A stretch of 37,629 nucleotides of DNA from Anaerolineae bacterium. Its GTDB lineage: Bacteria > Chloroflexota > Anaerolineae > Anaerolineales > E44-bin32. The notes under the pieces were generated by a model, which saw nothing but the letters and a program-made list of their open reading frames with translations, did no database searches and was not told the origin of the DNA. The stretch lies in NCBI GenBank assembly GCA_030598885.1, contig JAUVOZ010000002.1, positions 1 to 37,629 on the forward strand, given 5' to 3'. Positions 27,521-34,982 of the stretch are shown here, one piece after another; positions within the stretch are counted from its first letter, which is position 1; every line of letters starts with the position of its first letter. The position numbers and the translations under genes are program-made.

Positions 27521-27585
27521 CTGAAAAAAGCTTAAATGCGAGAAGGTGAACATACCCCTTTTGCTCCGTCAGATGCTTTTTTCAG
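27521..27585 (+). promoter_or_regulatory. Long imperfect stem-loop between comF and hpf, closed by a perfect 11-nt inverted repeat
   Basis: ctgaaaaaagc (27521-27531) pairs with gcttttttcag (27575-27585). Inner pairing gagaagg / ccttttgctc is also possible. It could be the comF terminator or an hpf leader element. Confidence 0.4.
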
Positions 27586-27623
27586 TAGACTGATAAACAT
27601 AAACCGGTGATAAAGGAGATTCA

Positions 27624-28193
27624 ATGGCCGTTCAGGTTGTGATCAATGTGCGCAACATGGAACTTGGTGATCGGTTACAAGATTATATAACCAAGAAGGT
27701 AGCTAAGCTTGACCGATATTTAGATACGCTCGAGGAGGCGAAAGTTGACCTGACATATGTCAAATCTGCGCGTAGTGCCAGTGATCGTCAGGTAGCTCAA
27801 CTTACAATCCGAGGTAAAGGAGTTCTACTCCGAGCTGAAGAGCGCACAGATGATATTTTTGCCTCGGTCGATGCCGTGTTAGCTAAAATTTATCGACAGA
27901 TCGAACGTTACAAGGGCAAGCACTGGCGCAGTAGAGGCGATGGTCGGTCAGCCGCAGATGTGGCGCCAGACGTCCCTGAGACTCAAACCGATTTAGCTGA
28001 AATGGATGAGATCGTCGTCCGGCGAAAACGTTTCAAGCTCACACCGATGAATGTGCGCGAGGCGATTGAGCAAATGAGTCTCCTCGGTCATGAGGATTTC
28101 TTTATCTTCCTTAATGGAGGGACCGACCAGGTCAATGTTCTTTATCGTCGACGCGATGGTACGCTTGGTTTGATCGAACCTGAGATTGGTTAA
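27624..28193 (+). CDS. hpf: Ribosome hibernation promoting factor, long form (S30AE domain + C-terminal dimerisation domain)
   Basis: AAGGAG upstream. The N-terminal region VINVRNMELGDRLQDYITKKVAKLDRY matches the HPF/YfiA fold signature. The C-terminus reads VVRRKRFKLTPMNVREAIEQMSLLGHEDFFIFLNGGTDQVNVLYRRRDGTLGLIEPE. Confidence 0.9.
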   Translation: MAVQVVINVRNMELGDRLQDYITKKVAKLDRYLDTLEEAKVDLTYVKSARSASDRQVAQLTIRGKGVLLRAEERTDDIFASVDAVLAKIYRQIERYKGKHWRSRGDGRSAADVAPDVPETQTDLAEMDEIVVRRKRFKLTPMNVREAIEQMSLLGHEDFFIFLNGGTDQVNVLYRRRDGTLGLIEPEIG

Positions 28194-28207
28194 TTGGCTT
28201 ACGGATT

Positions 28208-28232
28208 GATCAGTAGATGGGTTCTACTGATC
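28208..28232 (+). promoter_or_regulatory. Perfect 9-bp hairpin whose 7-nt loop contains the predicted ATG of the next ORF
   Basis: gatcagtag-ATGggtt-ctactgatc, 15 nt after the hpf stop. No U-tract follows. Confidence 0.4.
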
Positions 28233-29362
28233 GACCAAAACTCTTTATCTTGACGGAACTCATTCCTGCTCTACTGATGTTGCCACCGGTTGGCTCTTCG
28301 CCAGCTGAGTATTGGGTGGCGGAAGGTCGTCGGGCAGCCGCCCGCGATCTGCTCCGGCGTCTTTTAGCTTTGGATTCGGTCGAACAAGTTCTTATTCTTG
28401 CAGCCGAACAGAATGACCGTGATGATCTGGCTGATCTCGGCGGCACCCCACTCATAATTCCTCCAGGTCAGTTTCATTTTGGCCATATGCTGGCGCACAT
28501 CGTGGAGGAAGGTGATTATCAACGGCTTGCGTACTTCGGCGGTGGAAGTGCTCCATTGATGACGACCGATCTGCTTCTCCAGGCGTTCGACCGCACATTA
28601 TCGGCTGAGAGACCAGTGGCGGTGGTGAATAATTACCATTCGAGCGATTGGGTAGTGCTCAACCACGCGCAATCACTATTACCATTAGCCGCGCGACTTC
28701 CTACGGACAACCCCCTTGGTTGGGTGCTGGATCATGAGGCCGGATTTGATGTACATGCGCTACCACCGTCAGCTGCTACCCGAAATGACATCGACACACC
28801 GACGGATATCTTGATCCTTCTGCATCATCCAAACATTGGAACTGACCTAAGAGAGTTTCTCGCTCAAGCTCCAAGGGAATGGATGACGCGTATAGATAAT
28901 CTACGCAAAGTGATGAACACCCCGGCGAGTACGCTAACTCTCATCGGTAGGGCATCATCCCATGTCTGGCAAACACTTGAGCGGAAAACCCAGATATGGG
29001 TCCGCGCCTTCGTCGAGGAGAGGGGGATGGTAGCTAGTGGGAGAATGGCGCGCAGTGAGGTGAAATCTCTCATCGGTGAGGTGCTTGATATGTGGGGCGC
29101 GCAGACCTTCGTTGAGCACTTGTCAAGCCTATCCGATGCGATCTTATGGGATACGCGTGTATGGATGGCCCACCGGGGGAAGTGGCCATCGACAGCTGAT
29201 CGCTTTGCATCTGACTTAGGTTGGGTGGATCAAGTGGAAGACTCGGCATTACGTGATTTAACCCAAGCCATTAATCAGGCTTCGATTCCGATTGTAGTTG
29301 GCGGTTATGGTGTGGTTTCAGGGGGGGTGTATGCCATGCTGGAGGTACTCGAGGGGGACTGA
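28217..29362 (+). CDS. Uncharacterised 381-aa soluble protein; N-terminal half weakly reminiscent of nucleotidyltransferase (MobA/CofC-like) folds
   Basis: Long ORF with composition like its neighbours. Alternating strand/helix-like pattern: FILTE.., VLILAAE, LAYFGGGSAPLMT, ending in NDIDTPTDILILL (compare the DIDTP.DL endings in CofC/MobA-like enzymes). I could not assign the C-terminal ~170 aa. No SD before the ATG, so the start is uncertain. Confidence 0.55.
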   Translation: MGSTDRPKLFILTELIPALLMLPPVGSSPAEYWVAEGRRAAARDLLRRLLALDSVEQVLILAAEQNDRDDLADLGGTPLIIPPGQFHFGHMLAHIVEEGDYQRLAYFGGGSAPLMTTDLLLQAFDRTLSAERPVAVVNNYHSSDWVVLNHAQSLLPLAARLPTDNPLGWVLDHEAGFDVHALPPSAATRNDIDTPTDILILLHHPNIGTDLREFLAQAPREWMTRIDNLRKVMNTPASTLTLIGRASSHVWQTLERKTQIWVRAFVEERGMVASGRMARSEVKSLIGEVLDMWGAQTFVEHLSSLSDAILWDTRVWMAHRGKWPSTADRFASDLGWVDQVEDSALRDLTQAINQASIPIVVGGYGVVSGGVYAMLEVLEGD

Positions 29363-29866
29363 TTACCAACCTTCGAGGTACGGTCGCCAGTCTTGATTTT
29401 CCTGTAGATGGGTACCAAATAGATATATGGCGGTCGCCCGCGGTTCAGAGGGTGGTCGCAGCAGGGTCATGCGAGCTTCCTGTAACGTGCGCCAGCCTTT
29501 CTTTAGGTTGCATAATTCACAGGCTGTCACTAGATTGAACCAACTATGTTCGCCACCCCGGTGGCGTGGGACTACATGATCGATGGTCAGACGAGTGGCC
29601 TTTATACCGCAGTATTGGCAGACGTAGTTATCGCGCCGTAAGATCTCTCGTTTGGTAAGTCGTACATGGGGACGCGGGCGTTTGATCATGTAACCAAGTC
29701 GAACGATGGAGGGACGGGGGTAGGAGGTGCGAACGGTGCGAACATAGCCGCGCCCATCGAGCAGCATTTGGGCCTTTCCAGCATGAAGCAGGCCAAATGC
29801 CCGGCGGGTGGTACATACGTTGATCGGTTCGTAATTAGCGTTGAGAACGAGTACCGGATCGTTCAT
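29363..29866 (-). CDS. Small stand-alone HNH endonuclease-family protein
   Basis: 167 aa. HNH core CQYCG...LTIDHVVPRHRGGEHSWFNLVTACELCNLKKG. The N-terminal VLVLNANYEPINVCTTRRAFGLL module is typical of the widespread ~165-aa HNH family. Its stop codon abuts the stop of the convergent 28217-29362 ORF. Confidence 0.85.
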   Translation of the reverse strand: MNDPVLVLNANYEPINVCTTRRAFGLLHAGKAQMLLDGRGYVRTVRTSYPRPSIVRLGYMIKRPRPHVRLTKREILRRDNYVCQYCGIKATRLTIDHVVPRHRGGEHSWFNLVTACELCNLKKGWRTLQEARMTLLRPPSEPRATAIYLFGTHLQENQDWRPYLEGW

Positions 29867-29941
29867 TTAATGGGACCTCAATTGGGGGGGATTATACCAT
29901 TCAAGGGTATCGTTGCAACCTAAGGTTTGTCATAAGCAGAA

Positions 29942-29977
29942 ATGCCCTGGCTTCATGGCTATTAGAGACCAGGGCAT
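29942..29977 (-). terminator. Candidate terminator of the phn operon
   Basis: atgccctgg / ccagggcat form a perfect 9-bp stem with an 18-nt loop, 24 nt downstream of the phnE stop. On the minus strand it is followed by ttctgctt. Confidence 0.4.
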
Positions 29978-30000
29978 GTCAATGGGTTCTAATAAAGAGA

Positions 30001-31515
30001 TCAAACAAATCGCTGCCGGACCTCAGCGCTTACGAAGTCTAGAATGGCTACAGTGATGGCGATAAACCAAACCGCAATACCCGCGGCTTTGTAGTCCAGG
30101 AGCCGTATCCATTGTGACAAAAGAAAACCTATCCCACCGCCGCCTACAAACCCGATGATAGTGGACATCCGGATGTTGATGTCCCAGCGATAGATAGTGA
30201 AGGAAACGAACGGGGGGATGATTTGGGGGATAACCGCGTAAACCACGACTTGTAGCCAATTCGCACCGGTAGCTTGGATCGCCTCGATAGGTCCTGGGTC
30301 AATCGATTCAATCGATTCCGAATATAACTTGCCAAGCGCGGCGATTGAGTGAACGGTTAATGCCATGATGCCGGCAAATGGACCTAGGCCAACAATGACG
30401 ACAAATATAATCGCCCATATCAGCGGTTCGATCGATCGGATGATATTCAAGATGGTACGGGTGACGAAGTAGATGCCTAAAGTGATCGGGGAGGCGGACA
30501 TCAGGTTGCGCGCCGCAAAAAAGCTGACGGGTAACGCAAGCAAGATGCCGAAGAAAGTCGCCATCATGCCAATGAAAATGGTTTCAATAATCTTCTCAAT
30601 GGCTAGTTTGAGCTCTGTGCTGAATTGCCAATCTCCAATGCTGGCAACTTGCCGGATTTGAATTTCCCAGATCGTCGTGTCGTCCCGGATATTGGCCGGT
30701 ACCAACCGATAGGGCAATTCGATATCAATTTGGAATGCTCCTCTTTCATCTGGTGTGATTTTTATATACTCGCCACCTTGACGCTGGCGAAACTCGTTTC
30801 CGATGGGATCTTCCCACCAAATATTGGCTATTGTATTGGGTATGAAGTTATGCCCGGTCAAAGTTACAGTTGATCCGGGCGCTCCCTCAAATTCCGCGAG
30901 CGTGCCACATGTTGGATCCGCTAAAAGATAAGGAGCGTCTTCTAATGCTCCACTCGGAGCAGGAGGATTCTCGGTGCAGGGTATCTGGATCTGGGCGGTT
31001 GTGGTTACAATGTCTTTCGGATATTCGATACTTTTTTCCCATGGCCAGAGTACGCTTGACAGGAAGGGTCCGGCATCGTCTGCCTGGGTGATAAGCGCGA
31101 CAACGTCAATCTGACCAATCTGCCAACCGAGCATGAAGAAAATGATTATTACCAGAAATAACAATCCTGCGGGATTGCTGCCTGAACGATTAGCGATTGC
31201 ATAAGCATCCACCACGTTCCATATGTAGAAAACTATGACGAGGATACTCAAGACGACAAGAGCAGGCTCCAGGCTCAAGCCTTTTCTAACGATGTTAATC
31301 AAGCCAGTGTCTCGACGTGCGGTTTCAGTGAAACGCCATGCCAGTAAACCGATGATAGTGGCAAAGCTGAAGAGTAACAACAAACCCCGGCGGATGGTTC
31401 GAGCCAGTATTTGACCTAGACCGGGGATGATTAGTGATAGTATTGCAGCCAAGAAGGGGGGCACTAGACTAGGTTTGAGATCTTCGGAAGAGGTAGGAGT
31501 ATGGCTTAGTCTCAT
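30001..31515 (-). CDS. phnE: Phosphonate/phosphite-type ABC transporter permease PhnE with a ~300-aa N-terminal extension
   Basis: The C-terminal ~200 aa are PhnE-like (ETIFIGMMATFFGILLALPVSFFAARNLM..., EAIQATGANWLQVVVYAVIPQIIP). ATGA overlap with phnC. The N-terminal extension is described in the findings. Confidence 0.85.
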   Translation of the reverse strand: MRLSHTPTSSEDLKPSLVPPFLAAILSLIIPGLGQILARTIRRGLLLLFSFATIIGLLAWRFTETARRDTGLINIVRKGLSLEPALVVLSILVIVFYIWNVVDAYAIANRSGSNPAGLLFLVIIIFFMLGWQIGQIDVVALITQADDAGPFLSSVLWPWEKSIEYPKDIVTTTAQIQIPCTENPPAPSGALEDAPYLLADPTCGTLAEFEGAPGSTVTLTGHNFIPNTIANIWWEDPIGNEFRQRQGGEYIKITPDERGAFQIDIELPYRLVPANIRDDTTIWEIQIRQVASIGDWQFSTELKLAIEKIIETIFIGMMATFFGILLALPVSFFAARNLMSASPITLGIYFVTRTILNIIRSIEPLIWAIIFVVIVGLGPFAGIMALTVHSIAALGKLYSESIESIDPGPIEAIQATGANWLQVVVYAVIPQIIPPFVSFTIYRWDINIRMSTIIGFVGGGGIGFLLSQWIRLLDYKAAGIAVWFIAITVAILDFVSAEVRQRFV

Positions 31516-32318
31516 GCTCCACCTCCGTTCGCGGTGAGCAGGTCACCCTGCAGTCCTCCACCAACCCTTTCGGCTTCTTGACCGTAGATTTCCTTGAATT
31601 CTTCGTCATTCATGCCACGGATCTCCTCGCGTGTGCCTCGATATACGATCTCCCCATCACGAAGCCCGAAGACGCTGGTTGCATAGCGCTGTACCAAATC
31701 GAGATAATGTAAGCTGCACAAAATCGTGATCTTATCTTCCTGGTTAAGAAGCTCCAAGTGTTGCAGTATCGAGTGGGCTAAGACTGGATCGAGACTGGCG
31801 ACGGGTTCGTCAGCCAGGATCATCTTTGGTTCTTGCATGAGCGCTCGAGCGACACCAACACGTTGTTGCTGGCCACCGCTTAGTTCATCAGCTCTTTTAT
31901 GAGCTTGATCTTCGATCCCCAAACGTTCTAGAGCATGCTGCGCCTTAGCGTTATCTTCATCAGAGAATCTACCGAATAAACTCTGCCAGGAAGACGTATA
32001 ACCTAGACGGCCGGCTAGTACGTTGGTAATCACAGATGAACGCCGAACTAAATTAAAATGTTGAAACACCATTCCGATCTTACGTCTTGCCATACGTAGT
32101 TCAGTGCCTTCCAATTTCGCTAGATCAACGCCATCCCAAATGATTTCGCCCTCTGTGGGGTCGATCAAGCGGTTAATGCATCTTAAAAGAGTTGACTTGC
32201 CTGAGCCGCTCAAGCCTATAATGACCAGGAACTCACCATCTGGCACGATGAAGTTTACATCTCTTAATGCTACGGTACCGTCGTCATATATTTTAGTGAG
32301 ATGGCGTACTTCGAGCAT
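31512..32318 (-). CDS. phnC: Phosphonate-type ABC transporter ATP-binding protein
   Basis: Walker A GLSGSGKSTLLRCINRL, signature LSGGQQQRVGVARAL, Walker B ILADEPVASLD. Lies between phnD and phnE. Confidence 0.9.
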   Translation of the reverse strand: MLEVRHLTKIYDDGTVALRDVNFIVPDGEFLVIIGLSGSGKSTLLRCINRLIDPTEGEIIWDGVDLAKLEGTELRMARRKIGMVFQHFNLVRRSSVITNVLAGRLGYTSSWQSLFGRFSDEDNAKAQHALERLGIEDQAHKRADELSGGQQQRVGVARALMQEPKMILADEPVASLDPVLAHSILQHLELLNQEDKITILCSLHYLDLVQRYATSVFGLRDGEIVYRGTREEIRGMNDEEFKEIYGQEAERVGGGLQGDLLTANGGGA

Positions 32319-32383
32319 AATGCATCTCCTATATCCAACAACTCGTTATTTTTCTTTAGTTATCCGCAGATGGCAATTATAGT

Positions 32384-32424
32384 ACACGCGGGGGTGGGAG
32401 TAAATTCGTCCCACCCCCGCGTGT
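32384..32424 (-). promoter_or_regulatory. GC-rich 16-bp perfect stem-loop in the phnD-phnC intercistronic region
   Basis: acacgcgggggtggga-(9 nt)-tcccacccccgcgtgt. A T-run follows only on the plus strand; on the operon (minus) strand there is no U-tract. It is more likely an intercistronic stabiliser/attenuator than a full terminator. Confidence 0.5.
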
Positions 32425-32461
32425 TTTTGCCTGCAGGTTTCAAAGGCAAGAGGTGTGAATA

Positions 32462-33376
32462 CTAATCCTGGTAATCTCCAATATTAACACCTGCGGCATC
32501 GAGGAACTGGCGGAATTGATCATAGAAGCTATCATCATGCCGTTCCAAGGCGTTCCACTGGTAGGCAACATTAAGCGCTTCTTGTCCTGCTTCGGTTTCT
32601 GCAATAGCTAACAGGGCTACATTGAGTTTCTCACGCATCTCAGGATCTAAGCTCGGGATATATTGCACACCATCGTTCGGAATGCCTTCAAAGGTCTCGA
32701 GGATTACAATGGCATCCATAATGTCATCGTAGGTTCCCTCGATTTTTCCTTCGACACGGGTTCGGGCGTCAATATAAGAAGCGCCAAAGTCACAATCGCC
32801 GTTATATACACCAGCAACCGCAGCCTCGTGAGAACCTGCATCAACGACTTGGGCAAGATCGGTATCTGGATCAATACCGGCTGCTCTAAGGAAGATGGTG
32901 GGTACTACCCAGCTGCTGGTGCTGGTTGGGTCAGCCCGGCACCATGTCTTACCAGCAGCTTCATCAATCGACGTAATGCCGCTGTCTGCCCGGACAAAGA
33001 TTTGGCCGCTGTAAGTGGGATCGCCATAGCGGACAGCTACCAGATCAACATCAGCACAACCTCTATCGCTAGCAAGAATGTAGGAGAAGGTTGCGAGAGA
33101 GGCCATATGAGCCTTGGGTGGATCGGCGCACATGGCTTCGATTACCCCGACATATTCGGTTGCTACGAATGTATCGATGACCAGGCCAGTCTCATCGAAA
33201 ATCATGTCGGCTACTTCTTCAAAGCCAGCTACAACACGCTCGGTCTCACCAGATGGTACAACCCCCCATTTGAGGGGATTTTCTTCAGTACCGAGTTCTC
33301 CGGGACCGCAGCCTATCAGCATTAGAGCCGATATGGCAAATAACGTCAATATAAGTGGCAAGCGGTTCTTGTGCAT
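32462..33376 (-). CDS. phnD: Phosphonate/phosphite-type ABC transporter substrate-binding lipoprotein
   Basis: 304 aa. Signal peptide with lipobox LMLIGC. PhnD-like body (WGVVPSGE..., YSGQIFVRADSGI). GGAGGA upstream. First gene of phnDCE. Confidence 0.85.
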   Translation of the reverse strand: MHKNRLPLILTLFAISALMLIGCGPGELGTEENPLKWGVVPSGETERVVAGFEEVADMIFDETGLVIDTFVATEYVGVIEAMCADPPKAHMASLATFSYILASDRGCADVDLVAVRYGDPTYSGQIFVRADSGITSIDEAAGKTWCRADPTSTSSWVVPTIFLRAAGIDPDTDLAQVVDAGSHEAAVAGVYNGDCDFGASYIDARTRVEGKIEGTYDDIMDAIVILETFEGIPNDGVQYIPSLDPEMREKLNVALLAIAETEAGQEALNVAYQWNALERHDDSFYDQFRQFLDAAGVNIGDYQD

Positions 33377-33582
33377 TGTACTTCTTCCTCCTCGTATATT
33401 TGGTGAATTTGTTTGCTCGAAATAGTTCGTTGGCTCTTAAAGGTACTTTGTAGATATTCCGTGATAGTCGCTCCTCCTCTCCGGTCATGAAGACCTGATT
33501 CATATTAGCGCGAATCTTACTCGAACGCAAGGGAATCATTAACCTTGTATGTTTCTCTAGCGGCGGTTAAAATTCCCCTTCC

Positions 33583-34959
33583 ATGATAGATCAACGCTAT
33601 CAAGAAGCACTCGACTATCTATACAGCTTCATAGATTATAGTGTAGAGCGGACCTACCGTTACTCGGCTGATACTTTCGACCTGAATCGGGTTCGCGACT
33701 TGTTTCAGGTAGTGGGTAATCCTCAAGATCAGTATAACTCAGTACACATCGCAGGAACCAAAGGTAAGGGTTCGGTTTCGGCCATGATTGCCTCAGTGTT
33801 ACTGGCTGCCGGCTACCGAACTGGACTCTATACTTCGCCCCATTTACAACATTTCACTGAGCGTATCCGAGTCGATGGTCAAGAGATCCCTAAGTCTGAG
33901 GTCGTTCGGCTGGTAGAAATTCTCAAACCCCATATAGAGGCCATTCAACATCTGACCGTTTACGAAATCATCACTGCACTAGGATTCCTGCACTTTGCTG
34001 AACAAGAGGTCGAGTGTGCAGTGGTTGAAGTTGGGCTTGGCGGACGTCTGGACGCCACCAACGTGCTCAATCCACTCGTTTCGGTGATCACCTCACTTTC
34101 CTATGATCACATGCACCTTCTGGGTGATAGCCTTTCAGACATCGCCCGCGAGAAAGCGGGGATCATCAAACCCGGCGTGCCGGTTATATCCGCCCCTCAG
34201 CAGTTCGAAGCAGAGCGAGTGGTCGAGCAGGTCGCTCATTCAATAAAGGCTCCCCTGGTGCTTGTCGGTCGTGACTGGCTTTACTCCCCGGGGGCTCGTG
34301 ATCTAAATGCACAGAGTCTGTATGTGTGGTCAGCGGCTGAGCAGCCACTGATGGACGCGTATGTCGAATCGGCTGGGGGGGAAGAGTGGGTGCCACCTCG
34401 GTATCAGATCCCGCTTCTTGGCCATCATCAGGTTGTCAATGGCGCTGTGGCATTTGCCGCCATCCAAACAATTAGAGAGCAAGGACTGGTGGTGAATGAA
34501 GAAGCCATCCAGGAAGGGTTCCGGGAGGTCTCCTGGCCAGGCCGTTTCCAGATACTTTCGCGGTCGCCAATCGTAGTAGTCGACTCTGCGCATAATCGCG
34601 ATTCCGCCCTCAAATTGCGAATCGCGCTGGATGACTACTTTCCCGGTCAACCGGTAACACTGATCTTCGGCGCTTCCGCAGATAAAGATATTTCAGGTAT
34701 GCTGATTGAACTCTTACCCCGGGTCTCACGGTTGATCGTCACTCAGGCTGGTCATCCGCGAGCGGCTGCTCCGGATGAACTTGCTCATATGGCACACACT
34801 CATGGTTTGCGGGTGGAGGTGGCATTGCCTGTCTCAACCGCGCTTGACCGGGCTATGACTAAAGCAAGACCAGGAGAAGTTATAATCGCTGCGGGAAGTA
34901 TATTTGTCGTTGGAGAGATTCTTGCAGCGTGGGAGAGGTTGGGGCAGCCGAAGGTATAA
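33583..34959 (+). CDS. folC: Bifunctional folylpolyglutamate synthase / dihydrofolate synthase
   Basis: Mur-ligase P-loop HIAGTKGKGSVSAMIASVL, plus SLSYDHMHLLGDSLSDIAREKAGIIKPGVPV and VVVDSAHN. Confidence 0.9.
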   Translation: MIDQRYQEALDYLYSFIDYSVERTYRYSADTFDLNRVRDLFQVVGNPQDQYNSVHIAGTKGKGSVSAMIASVLLAAGYRTGLYTSPHLQHFTERIRVDGQEIPKSEVVRLVEILKPHIEAIQHLTVYEIITALGFLHFAEQEVECAVVEVGLGGRLDATNVLNPLVSVITSLSYDHMHLLGDSLSDIAREKAGIIKPGVPVISAPQQFEAERVVEQVAHSIKAPLVLVGRDWLYSPGARDLNAQSLYVWSAAEQPLMDAYVESAGGEEWVPPRYQIPLLGHHQVVNGAVAFAAIQTIREQGLVVNEEAIQEGFREVSWPGRFQILSRSPIVVVDSAHNRDSALKLRIALDDYFPGQPVTLIFGASADKDISGMLIELLPRVSRLIVTQAGHPRAAAPDELAHMAHTHGLRVEVALPVSTALDRAMTKARPGEVIIAAGSIFVVGEILAAWERLGQPKV

Positions 34960-34982
34960 ATGTTTGAAATAAGGATCCGATA

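Noticed and set aside
29363-29866. Reading the HNH gene as part of a restriction-modification or other defence island
   Set aside because: The flanks hold no methyltransferase, specificity subunit, helicase, ATPase, toxin-antitoxin or mobile-element genes. The neighbours are housekeeping genes (hpf, phn transporter).
32663-33325. 220-aa plus-strand ORF
   Set aside because: It is fully antisense to phnD, which has a lipoprotein signal, an SD and operon context.
33285-33539. 84-aa minus-strand ORF spanning the phnD leader and start; also a search for PhoP/PhoB-type direct repeats in 33377-33582
   Set aside because: The ORF overlaps phnD out of frame and has no SD. I could not find convincingly spaced TTAACA-like or CTGTCAT-like repeats, so no Pho box is claimed.
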